64,000 nt of DNA from Octopus sinensis (taxonomy: Eukaryota): assembly GCF_006345805.1 (NCBI RefSeq), contig NC_043005.1, positions 74,462,001 through 74,526,000 of the forward strand, read 5' to 3'. A model generated the notes under the pieces. The model worked only from the letters and a program-made list of their open reading frames with translations. It was not told the DNA's origin and did not search any database. The stretch's first letter is position 1. Each line of letters starts with the position of its first letter. This document shows, one piece after another, positions 49,430 through 62,281 of this stretch. A program made the translations under genes and the position numbers.

Positions 49430-50091
49430 CTGTAAAAAAAAAAGAGAAAAAAGGAGATTTCAGAATATCTAGTAAGATTATTTTTGGCTAAAGAACTGAA
49501 GATGTAACACATAATATTGGTAATAACAGAGAGTAATTTTGTTGATGAAGGTCAACCCACACCAAAAAGCAATAGATATTAGATATTTTAATTGTAGATT
49601 ATATTCTTCCTATACCCAGAGATATCCCAACTGTTGCCATCACAACTTTTCAGAGGTATCTAACTATCAGTTATGATATATTCTTTAGGATGCGATTTGA
49701 GAGGGGCTTTGGCTACTATTTACTCTTTTACTTCTTTCAGTCATTTGACTGTGGCCATGCTGGTCGACTTTGCCTTTCATCCTTTCAGGGTCGATTAAAT
49801 AAGTACCAGTTACACACTGGGGTCAATGTAATCGACTTAATCCATTTGTCTGTCCTTGTTTGTCTCCTCTGTGTTTAGCCCCTTGTGGGTAGTAAAGAAA
49901 TAGGTATTTTGATTGCCTTTATGTTCTGAGTTCAAATTCTGCCAAGGCTGACTTTGTCTTTCGTCTTTCAAAGTCGATAAATTAAGTACCAGCTGCATAC
50001 TGGAGTCGATCTAATAGACAGCCACCCACCTTCTCCAAATATTTCGGGTCTTGTGCCAAGAGTAGAGAAGAATAATTTGATAAATACTTAC

Positions 50092-50130
50092 TCGTATCAA
50101 TGAAGAATGCCGTCGGCTCTCGGGCATTTC
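50092..50130 (-). CDS. CENPI: CENP-I exon (EMPESRRHSSLIR)
   Basis: CTCTCCTCAG acceptor, GTAAGT donor, 39 nt, phase 0-0. Confidence 0.8.
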
Positions 50131-50546
50131 CTGAGGAGAGTGAAAAGACAAAAACATTTTGATATTACTATCTTGAAAACCAAAAGATTGTATATATACT
50201 TATTTCTGATTGTTGAATTGTAGTTCTCTGGTTAAATGTCATTTAGATAAAGCTTTAAGTAAAATCCAGTTTCTATTTCATAGATGCCATTATAAGAGTC
50301 CACTTTGCTACAAGTATTCAGGTCCCTGGCCTCTGATCTGAGAATAACCTCCACCCTATAACGCTCAGAGTACCTGAAAATGCTCAAAGACACTACTCTT
50401 CCTGTCTTGACGAGAGAGAGAGAGAGAGAGAGAAAGAACTGGTATCTGTTTTTCAGTAAGCCAGAACCAAAGTGTAGAATAAAGAAAGACAATTAAATAA
50501 TTAAATACTAATTAACTGATTGAGTTCCCATGACATTTACCTTTAA

Positions 50547-50732
50547 CCCTTTGGCATTCAGATTTCTCTCTCTCTCTCTCTCTCTCTCGTACGTAATGTG
50601 TATTTATTCACATTGTTTGGAACTTATGTATTATCACATAGCTTTGAAACTTTGATGTGATTGTATATTTTTAGAATGGCATTGGAGAGTAGGTGTGAGA
50701 GGCTGGATCTGACCAGTATAAATGTTAAAGGG
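50547..50732. mobile_element. piggyBac-like MITE, diverged copy
   Basis: TTAA|CCCTTTGGCATT ... AATGTTAAAGGG; same family as 55480-55700 and ~48144-48362. Confidence 0.7.
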
Positions 50733-52178
50733 ATAATATATATATAAAAAAAATGGACGATCAAGGCCCAAACACTTTTGACCACAGGTTGACCTAGGGT
50801 TAAACAACAGCAGTTAACTTATTGAATACTGATTAAGGCAGCAGCAAAGGTTAAAAGATAGATTGGCTGAAGGAATGAGAAAGGAATTTATTAAAGAAAA
50901 ACAAAATACCTTTCTGGTTATTGCAGGTGAATAAATTAATACATTAAAATTAAATGAGAATGAAAGGAAGAGGAGGAGAGGGAAACAATGAGTAAAGAAA
51001 GGTGGGGGAGTGTTGGATGTTATCTTAGTAGTAGCATTTCCATTAGTTTATTGTGCCAAGGAAAAAATATTTTGCCTCTTACGGAGAGCGTGTATGTTCC
51101 GGTTAATTTATGTGTTTATTGGAATGTGATTGGTGTGTGGCAGGACAACTGAGTTAATTACTCTATCAAAGTAATATTCCAAGGAAACATTCTTGCTTCC
51201 ACTCACCAGAAATAGCAAAGGAATAAAGAAAGATGATGAAAAGAATCCGAAATATGCAAATATATTCCTGTAAACAACACAGAATAATGCAGGTGAAATG
51301 CATTATTAATAGATTAAAATATTAATACAAGAATGGTAAGTATTAGAAGAATGGTAGATAAAAAATTTCAGAGCTTTAAAGTATATGAAGTCTAGGAAAC
51401 TTTATGCAAAATAATTGTTCCTGTTCTTTAGCTCAACATGAAGCCTAGAATGAAAGGCACTCCAGTTGTGACCATCCCAACACATTATTTGACATTGTGC
51501 CAAAGAAGGAAATAATAGATACCACATCTATTAAACAACAGAAAGGTAGGCTTAATTATAAGAAAATTATATTTGTTTACTTGTTTCACTTATAGGATAC
51601 TGGCCAGACAGGGGCATTGCCCTTAAGGGTTTCAGGCAAGTATACCAATCCAAGTACTTTGGGACTTGTTGATCTCATGAAAAACAAAAGCCAAGTTGTC
51701 CTTGACGAGAAAGGAGACGTTTGTAACTCAGTCATAACTAAAAACTGCAAGGTATGGTAGTTTGCTGCACTGATTTCAGGCCTCCTACTTTTTGAAATGG
51801 AATAAGGAAACTGATTGAAGCTTTCAAAGATATTAGTTGCTGCATGTTTTTTCTAAATTAAATTTTTTATAATCTCATATAGAACGTTCTTGAAAATCTT
51901 GGTGCACCGATACACAAGGAGAATTTTTACCTGGAAGATTGATATCAAGGATTCTGGAATGAGATTATGATGGCGAACTACTGTTGAATGTTAATTGGTG
52001 ATGACACTAATTACATAGGTGTAGGAGTGGCTAAGTAGCTTGCTTACCAACCACATGGTTCCGAGTTCAGTCCCACTTTTGGCACTTTTGGCAAGTGTCT
52101 TCTACTATAGCCTCGGGCCAACCAAAGCCTTGTGAGTGGATTTGGTATATGGAAACTGAAAGAAGCCCGTTATATATA

Positions 52179-52214
<36 letters not shown>

Positions 52215-52223
52215 CATATATAT

Positions 52224-52395
52224 TTCCTCTGTCTTCCCTTCTCGGGATCTTTCCTTCTATGTTTCCGACGAAGAGCTCCGCTTGAAACGTTAAACCCTCC
52301 TTCTTCCCTTCTTTCCTGAGCGTCCAATAATACTTTATTTGTTCCACGTCCTCGCGTTGCTGTGTTTTTTTGTGTTTTCTTGTTTGGATTAACTA
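52224..52395 (+). mobile_element. Short hammerhead-like insert within the (TA)n of a SINE A copy
   Basis: GTTTCCGACGAAGAGCTCCGCTTGAAACGTTAAAC; 3' part matches 32706-32770. Confidence 0.55.
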
Positions 52396-52775
52396 TATAT
52401 ATATATATATACACATATATACACATATATACGTTAGTGTATCTGTGTTTGTCCCCCCAACATTGCTTGACAACCAATGCTGGTGTGTTTACGTCCCTGT
52501 AACTTAGCAGTTCGGCAAAAGAGACCAATAGAATAAGTACTAGGCTTACAAAGAATATATCCTGGGGTCAATTTGCTCCAGCATGGCCACAGTCAAATGA
52601 CTGAAACAAGTAAAAGAGCAATTACATATTTTTAATTGTGAATATATAAACAGAAACGTCTTTTTTTTGTTGTTTGTTGTAATATTTTGAAGTACAAACA
52701 CAAAGAAGAAATTAAATTTTATAGAATGAGTGGTGGGAGAACAAGAAATGGTGAATGAAGAGAGAGATAACCAAC

Positions 52776-53046
52776 CTTTCTCAGGTATAACAGTACATGT
52801 CCTAAGAACGCTTGGTGATGACACACGGATAAAGATGAAGTCACAGATTTGCTACGAATTCCAGGTATGGAGAAGATATCAAAATCAAACAAAATGGAAT
52901 CAGAAGTTTGTTGTGCAGTATCAAAAGCTTTGTAACGCCAAAGAGCATTGCAGACATCTAAAACATACACATTCAACTTTTTAATGTGTTTGTCAAGTTT
53001 ATAGGGTGTCTGAAGCTTCTTTAAGTTCTGGAACACACTCGAGTAA
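52776..53046 (-). CDS. CENPI: CENP-I exon (YSSVFQNLKK...LNVYVLDVCNALWRYKAF...SLSVCHHQAFLGHVLLYLRK)
   Basis: Pyrimidine-rich CAG acceptor, GTTGGT donor, 271 nt, phase 2-0; N.Y...C..LW...F and SL....H..FL motifs of the CENP-I/Mis6 family. Confidence 0.88.
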
Positions 53047-53079
53047 CTGGAAGAAGAAAAGAAGAAATGAATGAAAATC

Positions 53080-53530
53080 ATCATCATCATTTAACATCCG
53101 TTTTCCGTGCTAGCAAGGTTTGGATGGTTCAACCGGGGTCTGGGAAGCCAGGAGGATGCACCAGGCCCAGTCCGATCTGGCAGTGTTTCTACAGCTGGAT
53201 GCCCTTCCTAATGCCAACCACTCCGTGAGTGTAGAAAGCGCGCGCGCACGCGCACACACACACACACGCACACACACACACACGGTAACAAAGGTAAAGA
53301 TTCTTTCAAAGGGGTGTGTAAAACATTCACTGGTTGAATAAAGCATAAATAGCGGTATAATGCAAATTACAAACAATCTTGATCTGGCAGAGTTTCTATA
53401 GCTGGATCCCTTCCTAATGCCAACCACTCCGAGAGTGTGTTGGGTGCTTTTACACGCCACCGGCACAAGGGCCAGTCAGGCGGTACTGGCAAATGGTGTT
53501 TTTTATGTGCCACCTGCATGGGAGCCAATA
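53080..53530 (-). mobile_element. RTE 3'-UTR-derived short copy
   Basis: Matches 40157-40360 (GCTGGATGCCCTTCCTAATGCCAACCACTCC); other copies at ~36160-36280, 54000-54130, 56125-56310, 63520-63710 and 63715-64000. Confidence 0.8.
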
Positions 53531-55479
53531 TAAATAATATAAATAAATTATTGGATTGTCATTTGCATCTCTCTATTTAATTTATAGTTTATATATTACT
53601 CTTTTACTTGTTTCAGTCATTTGACTGCAGCCATGCTGGAGCACCGCCTTTAGTCGAGCAAATCGATCCCAGGACTTATTCTTTGTAAGCCTAGTACTTA
53701 CTCTATCGGTCTCTTTTGCTGAACCGCTAAGTTATGGGGACGTCAACACACCAGCATCAGTTGTCAAGCGATGTTGGGGGACAGACAGACACACAAACAC
53801 ACACATATATATATACATATATACGATGGGCTTCTTTCTGTTTCCGTCTACCAAATCCACTCACAAGGCTTTGGTCGGCCCGAGGCTATAGTAGAAGATA
53901 CCTGCCCAAGGTGCCATGCAGTGGGACTGAACCTGTGGTTGGTAAGCAAGCTACCTACCACACAGCCACTCCTGCGCCTATATATATATATATAACTTGG
54001 CATTAGGAAAGGCATCCAATCATAGAAAGCAAACTAAAACAGACTAGAGTCTGGCATAGCTCTCCAGCTTACTCTCTAATCAAACCATCTAACTCATGCC
54101 AGCATGGAAAATGAATGCTAAATGATGATGAGGATATATATATATATCATCTGTCCAATGCTCTTCATTTACCCCTATCATAACCTGCTTCCTTTCTGCT
54201 TCTTACTTTCCTTCTTCTTCCCCTTTCTGTCTTTTTGTTTCTTCATTTTTGTCCTTCATCCATCATACACTATGACAGGAATCCTATATATAAACCTGCC
54301 AATTCCATCATTTCTTCATTACTAACCTATTTGAAGCCCCTGCAAAACCAAGAGACAAAAACTCAGAGTAGCAAGCGATAGATTTGACCAAAATAAAACA
54401 TTAGGAATGGCTGTGTGGTAAGTAGCTTGCTTACCAACCACACGGTTCTGGGTTCAGTCCCACTGCATAGCACCTTGGGCAAGTGTCTTTTACTATAGCC
54501 TCGGGCCGACCAAAGCCTTGTGAGTGGATTTCGTAGATGGAAACTGAAAGAAGCCCGTTGTATATATGTATACAGATGTGTGTGTGTGTGCGTGTGTGTC
54601 TGTGTTTGTCCCCCCCAACATCACAACCGATGCTGGTGTTTTTATGTCTCCATAACTTAGCGGTTCGGCAAAAGAGACTGACAGAATAAGTACTAGGCTT
54701 ACAAAGAATAAGTCCTGGGGTCGATTTGTTCAACTAAATGCGGTGCTCCAGCATGGCCACAGTCAAATGACTGAAACAAGTAAAAGAGAGTATGGTATCA
54801 AGTACTTTTTTTTCCAGCAATCAACTCTAAACAAATGTTTGTGTGTGTGCATGTGCACATTTGTGTGTGAGGTTGTATTTTACAGAATTACTTAAGGCAG
54901 CAATCTGGCAGAATTGGTAACATGCTGGGTGAAATGCTTAGTGGTATTTCATTTTTCGCAGTACCAGTTAAGCAGTGGGGTGTCAATGTAATTGACTTAA
55001 CTACTCCTGGGTGTAAGTATTAAAAACTGCACCCCTCTGCCAAGCTGTGTCAAGCCAGTGTGGCAGAGAAGGCTCATGAAACCAGTATGATCACAAGCTC
55101 AAATCCATGGTCAACACATCAGACCATGGTTGGTGGAGAGAACATGCTGAGGCCTCCATCCTGCAGTGGACACAACATTGGCAATCCAATCCAATTGTTT
55201 TTGCAAAGAATCTATGCTAAATTTTATTAACTCAATAGAAAGTGTCCATGGTTGAAGATTTGGAAAATATGAAGAGTCTGGACCATTTGAATAGCAATTA
55301 TATTTATGTAGATCAACTTAGCTTCAACGAGTTAGGTAAATAACATTATCAGACTTTTTAAAGACAAGAGGCACAAGCAAAATAAATTTTTCATCCATTA
55401 AAGGAATCTGGTTGAACAATTGCTGAATCCTCTAGAAATAGGTAGCAAATCTGTATCAACTCAAATGATACCTTCTTAA

Positions 55480-55700
55480 CCCTTTAGTGTTCAGATTACT
55501 CTGTTAAATGTAATACTTTTTCACTCAAATTGTTTTGAATTAATCCTGGATCATCTTAAAGCTTTGAGGTTTCAATGATGTGATTACTTATCTTTAGAAT
55601 GGCATTGTAGGTTAGGTGTGAGAGGCTAGACATCGCCAGTTTGAATATAAAACATGTAGAATATATTGGGCCGGATTTGGCCAGTTTAAACACTAAAGGG
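55480..55700. mobile_element. piggyBac-like MITE
   Basis: TTAA|CCCTTTAGTGTT ... AACACTAAAGGG|TTAA: TTAA TSD with CCC/GGG termini. Confidence 0.9.
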
Positions 55701-56482
55701 TTAAAGGTATAATACATATTAGATAATGTAGTCCAGGATGCATAATTTATCCTTTACTTGTTTCTATGATATGCTGGTCCCCAAACAAAACTGGAGCAAC
55801 AGGAAATGGAGGGTTTAGCTCAACAACACAACATGCCTCCAGGGCCAGGAATTGACCTTACAATCTGGTGATTGTGAGTGCAACACCCTAACCACTAGGC
55901 CATCACATAAACTACATACAATTCTTGCTGGTAAGAAAAGAAGAATTCTACAATGGATGGAGAACTTCAAAGGAATGCTATAGTCCAATGGTAGAACATC
56001 TATCATATTAACAAAAGAAGTGGATTCAAGTCCCACAGGTAGCCTGGGGCTTTTCTCATCCAAATCGTTTTTTAACTTAGTATTTACACATAATTATTAA
56101 CAGCTTTATCTATTTTGAATTCAAGCTGGTGCCATGTAAAAAGCACTCGATACACACTGTAAGGTAGTTGGCACTAAGAAGGGCATCCAGCCATAGAAAT
56201 CTTGCCAAAACAGACGACTGATACTTGGTGCAGCTCTCAGGCTTGCCAAATACTGTCAAACTGTCCAACCCATGCCAGCATAGAAAACGGACACTAAATG
56301 ACGACGATGTATTCCACTGTTTTTAAAACATTTATATAGCTTAAATAAATAGAAACAACCCAACAATGAGAATAGAAAATAATTAGATTATAAAAACAAA
56401 ATACACACAAACACAGATAATAAAATTCCTACAAGCAATTCTGAACATCAGCAGAAACATGAAAGGATTTAGTGAAACTTAC

Positions 56483-56607
56483 TCTAAGATGATACGGCAC
56501 AAACGTGAAATAACTGTGCACTGATTAGAGACAATGAGGCGACTGACAAATTCTGGTGATGGAATGGTCAATAATGGGAAGTTGGTGTTCAGAACGGTTA
56601 TTAGCAA
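56483..56607 (-). CDS. CENPI: CENP-I exon (LLITVLNTNFPLLTIPSPEFVSRLIVSNQCTVISRLCRIIL)
   Basis: TTTCTTTCCACAG acceptor, GTAAGT donor, 125 nt, phase 0-2; resembles the recalled human segment NYNLPLVVLFPP....LNQLCFIM. Confidence 0.88.
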
Positions 56608-57039
56608 CTGTGGAAAGAAAGGAGTTATTACATAGTAAAAACAGATGACTTATTATGCATTTAGTGTATGAGAGAGAGGGGAAAATGGTGTTACAATAGG
56701 CATACTTTTCTGGGAGGCTTTGTTAAACTTTCCAGGGATGTTTTGCTAAACTTTGTAAGAGAACTGCAACAGCTACAAGTGAGAATTGAAACTAGATGTA
56801 ATAATGGTTTCAAATTTTGGCACAAGGCCTGCAATTTTTGGGGAAGGGTAAGTTGATAATATCAGTCCCAGTGTTCAACTGGTCCTTGTTTTATTAACCC
56901 TGGAAGTATGGAAGGCAAAGTGATCGCAGCAGAGTTTGAACTCAGAATGTAAAGATGGACGTAGTGTTGCTGAGTATTTTTCTTGGCATGCTAACAATCC
57001 TGCCAGTTCACCACCTTCAAATCTAGACCTAATATTGGT

Positions 57040-58460
57040 TTCAATGGACTGAGGGGTTTTCCCTCTCTTCATGCCCTTAATTGCTTTACCTACCAAGGTA
57101 CTGTCAATTTGGATAGCTGGTCCCTCTGTTGGGCCGACATGTGGCAGATTCATTTTCTTACATTCATTCTCCTCATTTAGCAACCTTTCACAGTGGCATC
57201 TCCGAGTCTCTCACTTTGCAGCATCATTAAATGCAAGAGAACCATCATCCATGCAGACAAATATCTCTCCTATGCCATTACAGTTTTCCCTCTCACACTG
57301 TCTCTGATCCTCATGATGCAGAACATGGGCAAATTCCTTATCTGCTTCCCCTCTGGCTAAGTAAGCTTGTCTCCTAGCTTTCTTCTGGCTATCTTGTACT
57401 ACTACCACCACACTTCCAGTTCTTCCATGCCTGTTTCTTTTCTCTAATGGTCGTGTCAACTACATTGTTCCACCACCATGTCACCTTAGGTCGAAAGAGC
57501 ACTTTGCACCGACCCTCAACAGGTTGTCCTCCACATTATGTGATGCTACACCTCCACTTTTTTTTATCAAAAGCTTCAATACATCTCTAAATTTGTGTCC
57601 ATTCAGAGGATCCTTAAGCTTCCAAACGCATGTTTTTCACACTGGTCATCTTCTGGGCAGCCATTAGCCCTGACCCTGAAGTCGCTAACAACTAACCTAT
57701 GTTGTGGGGTGCATTCTTCACCTGGGAAAGTTTTGGCATTTATAAGTAGCCATCTTTCTTGATTCCTGATGAGAATGTAGCCTGACTAATGTACCCACCA
57801 GACTGGTAGGTGAACAGGTGACTGGCAGGATTCTTGAAGTTAGTATTACAGATCATAAGATCATTTGCATCACAGAACTTCAGCAGCCTGGTTTCAAATC
57901 TGTTTCCACAATGCAAGCTCCCTCAACAGTTGTCCTCTATATTATGTGATGCTATATCCTCCTCATTTTTGTCAAAAGCTTCAAGTAATACGCTTCTAAA
58001 TCTGTGTCCATTCAGAGGATCCTTAAGCTTCCAGACCCTTCTTTTCCACACTAGTCGTCTTCTGGGCAGCCATTAGCCCTGATCCTGAAGTCACCCATTG
58101 AAGACACCAGCCACAAAGAGAAGGTCCCTGCCAATCATCAATGAGGTAATCTGTAAGAGTGTCACAGAATTGGTCTTTCTGTTCATCAGGTAGCCCTGGC
58201 TGAAGGGTATAGGCTGAGATAATGGTTGCTAATCCATGTTGCAGCACTAGTCTAAGCTTAAGTATTCTATCACAGACTGACTCCCTTATCAAACCATTTC
58301 TCAGCAAGGAGTACAACCATGCCCCCAACCTCATCACTGTTCCCTACCCAGAAAATCTTATATGTTCTTTGTTTGTGGGGAACCTAGTAGAACTTCCTCC
58401 CCACCTTACCTCCCGGATGCAACACAAATCTACATGCCCCTGTTCAAGCATCTTGTAATG
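57040..58460 (-). mobile_element. Degenerate RTE LINE fragment (endonuclease-linker region) with internal duplication
   Basis: Homologous to 42590-43465 (ARRQ.YLARGEADK, CERENC, DGSLA.ND.AK); TIISAY..Q.G...EQKDQF; segment ~57510-57680 repeated at ~57925-58092. Confidence 0.85.
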
Positions 58461-60683
58461 TATCCTATAAACAAGAACCCCTTAAATCATTATGAGCATC
58501 ACAACAGACTTTGTCAATATACAGTTCATTGAAGGCAAATCCACCCAACAGAGACCATCCTTCTCTATATTACAAATCAGCACTACAACCAAATGAAACA
58601 TAAAATGTTGCAGCTACTACTGTTTTCAGCAGATAGTTAATCACACCATGTGGTCCCTATTTAAAGCTAGATGGACTGAGAGTAAAGTGCTTTGGTTATG
58701 GATACAACACCTACTATAGGCACAAGGCCTGAAATTTGGGGGAAAGGGGGATGGTTGATGACATCGACCCCAGTGCTGGACTGGTACGTTTTTCATTTTG
58801 ACCCTGAAAGGATGAAAGGCAATGTCGACCTTCGTTGAATTTGAACTCAGAATGTAAAGACTAATGAAATACTGCAAAGCATTTTGCCTGGCATGCTAAC
58901 GTTTCCGCCAACTCAGCACCTTGATAATGCTCATAATTAAATGCAAACAACGATACCTTCAACTGGTTTTCTGGTGCATTTCACATTCTTTTAGTAACAA
59001 ATTCACGAATTCTGACATCTAAAATACTGGTAAATCAAATGCTAAACACAACTGACTGCTTTTGTTTTAGGAACAAAACAGCAAGGAAAACTAATTCTTT
59101 TGCTTCCACTCTCAAATGAAAGTGATATTGTGATATTACATTTTGCCATACAATCCTCTTGGTTTCTAGCTGGTTGACTTTAGCCCTTCGCTTTTCAGAC
59201 CTGGCCTCGTGCCGGCAAACAGAGGGAAACACCCAAACAAGTCATGCAACCAGACAGCTTAATATACATCTTGCAGGCCACACAAATGGATTCAATTGAT
59301 TTTAGTTCAGGTGGCACTGATTAAGAAAGCAATTAAATATTATAATTGCATCTTAAATTCATATCAACTTGTGTTATAGTTTGACTAAATTCAAATTCTG
59401 TCTACAGAAAATTTAAGAAAATGTAAAAAAAAAAACAAAAAAAAACACCAACTTATGAAGCTAATAACTCATTAGTGTCATATAATTAAATGAGTAAAGT
59501 GTAACTAAATGAGTGCAAAAGCCTAAAGAAAAATATACCTGAATTCAATTAACTGTTTTCAAGTAGCAAATCAATTCAGTCTATTGATGGCATTTGAAAT
59601 TTTAGCCATCAGGATTACACGAAGATATTTTTTTCTAACCGTATATAAACGATTATGTTTAATTATTTTAAGATTTAATTATCTTTTCACACCTATTTTT
59701 CTAGCTTACAGAGATTCATTAGTTTATCATACTGAGTTATTTACACAAAAATTGTGGCTCTTAGAAGGGGCTACAAAAATATAGCTAATACTATTTTGGG
59801 TGATTCAGTGATTGGTTTGTTTTTGTTTTTGCTAGCTGAGTGTAATTATTAAAACAGTATTTATTAGGCATAGAAGTGGCTGTGTGGTAAGTAGCTTGCT
59901 TACGAACCACATGGTTCTGGGTTCAGTCCCACTGTGTGGCACCTTGGGCAAGTGTCTTCTACTATAGCCTCGGGCCAACCAAAGCCTTATGAGTGGATTT
60001 GGTAGACGGAAACTGAAAGAAACCCATCGCATATATGTGTGTGTATATATATATATATATATGTGTTTATATATATGTTTGTGTTTGTAAACTCAACATC
60101 ACTTGACAAGTGATGCTGGTGTGTTTACATCCCCATAACTTATCGATTCAGCAAAAGAGACCGATAGAATAAGTACTAGGCTTACAAAAAATAAGTCTTG
60201 GGGTCAATTTGCTTGACTAAAGGCGATGCTCCAGCAGTTATTTTACATGAGGTCAATGTGAGCTACTCAGAATCTAGCGATCCAAGAGATGAGAGATGAG
60301 TGGAGCAGTTTGAATATGAGAGTTACATGCTAGTCATAAGCGAAAGCTTTACTAATGTAAAGAATAACAATATGACAGTGACCTAGGTAAGGACAATTAC
60401 AAGAAACCCAGCACAATTTCCATGTGCTTAATTTTAATTCCACCAAGAGAGATTGGGTTGATTTGAAGCTATAATAAAAGATGCTTAAACTGCCATGCAG
60501 TGGGATTGAAACCTGAAAAATACAATAGGAGTTGCTGCGTGGTAAGTAGCTTGCTTACCAACCACATGGTTCTGGGTTCAGTCCCACTGTGTGGCACCTT
60601 GGGCAAGTGTCTTCTACTATAGCCTCGGGCCGACCAAAGCCTTGTGAATAGAATTGGTAGACGGAGATGAAAGAACCCTGTCG

Positions 60684-60714
<31 letters not shown>

Positions 60715-60950
60715 ATGTGTTTGTCCCCCCAAACATCGCTTGACAACCGATGCTGGTGTGTTTACAAAAGAGACCAACAGAATAAGTACTAGGCTTACAA
60801 AGAATAAGTCCTGGGGTTGATTTGCTCGACTAAAGGCGGTGCTCCGGCATGGCCGTAGTCATATGACTGACACAAGTAAAAGAGTAAAAGAGTGAAGCTT
60901 CTTAACCACAAGGCTAAGACAGTGCGCACCTTCATAACAAAAAATTTATT

Positions 60951-61425
60951 TGCATTATTTACATTCGACGGATATTTGTCCTCATCTTGTTTGTTGTTAA
61001 CACGTTTCGGCTGATATACTCTCCAGCCTTCTTCAGGTGTCTTGGGGAAATTTTGAACCTGGGTTCTCATTCCTAAGGTATATTTTTCCATGTTATTATT
61101 ATTATTATTACTGTTCAGGTCACTGCTTGGAATTGAACTCGGAATCTTGGGACCTGTGGGCATATGGTGTAGTGGTTAAGAGCATGGGCTACTAAGCACA
61201 AGATTCTGAGTTTAATTCCAAGCAGTGACCTGAACAATAATAACGAATAATAATAATAACATTGAAATATATACCTTAGGAATGAGAACCCAGGTTTGAG
61301 ATTTCTCCAAAACACCTGGCTGGAGGGTATATCAGCTGAAACGGTGTGTTAACAAAAAAGATGAGGACAAATATCCGTTGAATGTAAATAATGCACATAA
61401 TTCCACATCTCTTAAATATAGAACT
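60951..61425. mobile_element. Head-to-head inverted pair of a tRNA-headed SINE with hammerhead-like tail
   Basis: 60951-61150 is the reverse complement of ~61199-61395; A box TGGTGTAGTGG and B-box-like GAGTTTAATTCC at ~61165-61219; tail CTGAAGAAGGCTG..CAGCCGAAAC. Confidence 0.75.
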
Positions 61426-61616
61426 GAAAAGATTTATTGTAGCGAAATAAAAACAGAATTGATAGGTCTCTTTTCTGTGCAGTGTTACTATCTCACAAAA
61501 GGCAGTTTGCTTTGGTCTTTAATAAAAATTCAGCCATTATGAAGTGGAAAAGAAAAACTAGATTTCAAGCAATATCTTTTGCAAATATGTTTAATAAACA
61601 AAGACAGAAGGCTTAC

Positions 61617-61770
61617 TTGTTCTTGGAACCATAGGCAGAAATGTACCATTATCAAGTGGTCATCCTCACAGAGTAATCCCAGGAGGCAAAGTTCATCAAT
61701 AAAGTCAATAAGCTTCTTGAACTCAATATGAGCTCGGAAATTATCAAAATCACCTTGAAAGAAACTGAAC
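61617..61770 (-). CDS. CENPI: CENP-I exon (FSFFQGDFDNFRAHIEFKKLIDFIDELCLLGLLCEDDHLIMVHFCLWFQEQ); upstream exons not found in window
   Basis: TTTTTCAG acceptor, GTAAGC donor, 154 nt, phase 2-0, joins in frame to the 56607 exon; resembles the recalled human LIHYV......MRLE.....LLHFILDFYE segment. Confidence 0.85.
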
Positions 61771-61797
61771 CTGAAAAACGAGAAATATTATATATAT

Positions 61798-62005
61798 ATT
61801 TCTTCATTGCCCACAAGGGGCTAAACATAGAGGGGACAAACATGGACAAACAAAGGGATTAAGTCAATTACATCAACCCCAGTGTGAAATTGATACTTTA
61901 TTTATCAACCCCGAAAAGATGAAAGGCAAAGTCGACATCGGCGGAATTTGAACTCAGAACGTAGCGGCAGATGAAATACCGCTAAGCATTTCGCCAGGCA
62001 TGCTA
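61798..62005 (-). mobile_element. SINE family B
   Basis: Reverse-complement match to family B; similar copies at ~58710-58920 and ~56805-57020. Confidence 0.85.
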
Positions 62006-62281
62006 TATATATGTCTATGTATATATGTAGAAGCAGAATTAGGTAAGTTGATATATGTTTGTCACATATTTCAACTGCTTAAAGGCAAATACACTGCAGT
62101 TACCATGGAGAATAAACCTCTCTTATGGTAAAAAGGTGTGAAAACACCCAGTCGTTCAGTGTCACCCTCTATTAGGAATCCCAGATATTGATGTTTTGAG
62201 TTTATTGGCTCTTATCAATTAGATGTATCTAAGGGAAGCAACTCTAAACGAACTTAATAAAAGCTGTAACTTTATATATAA

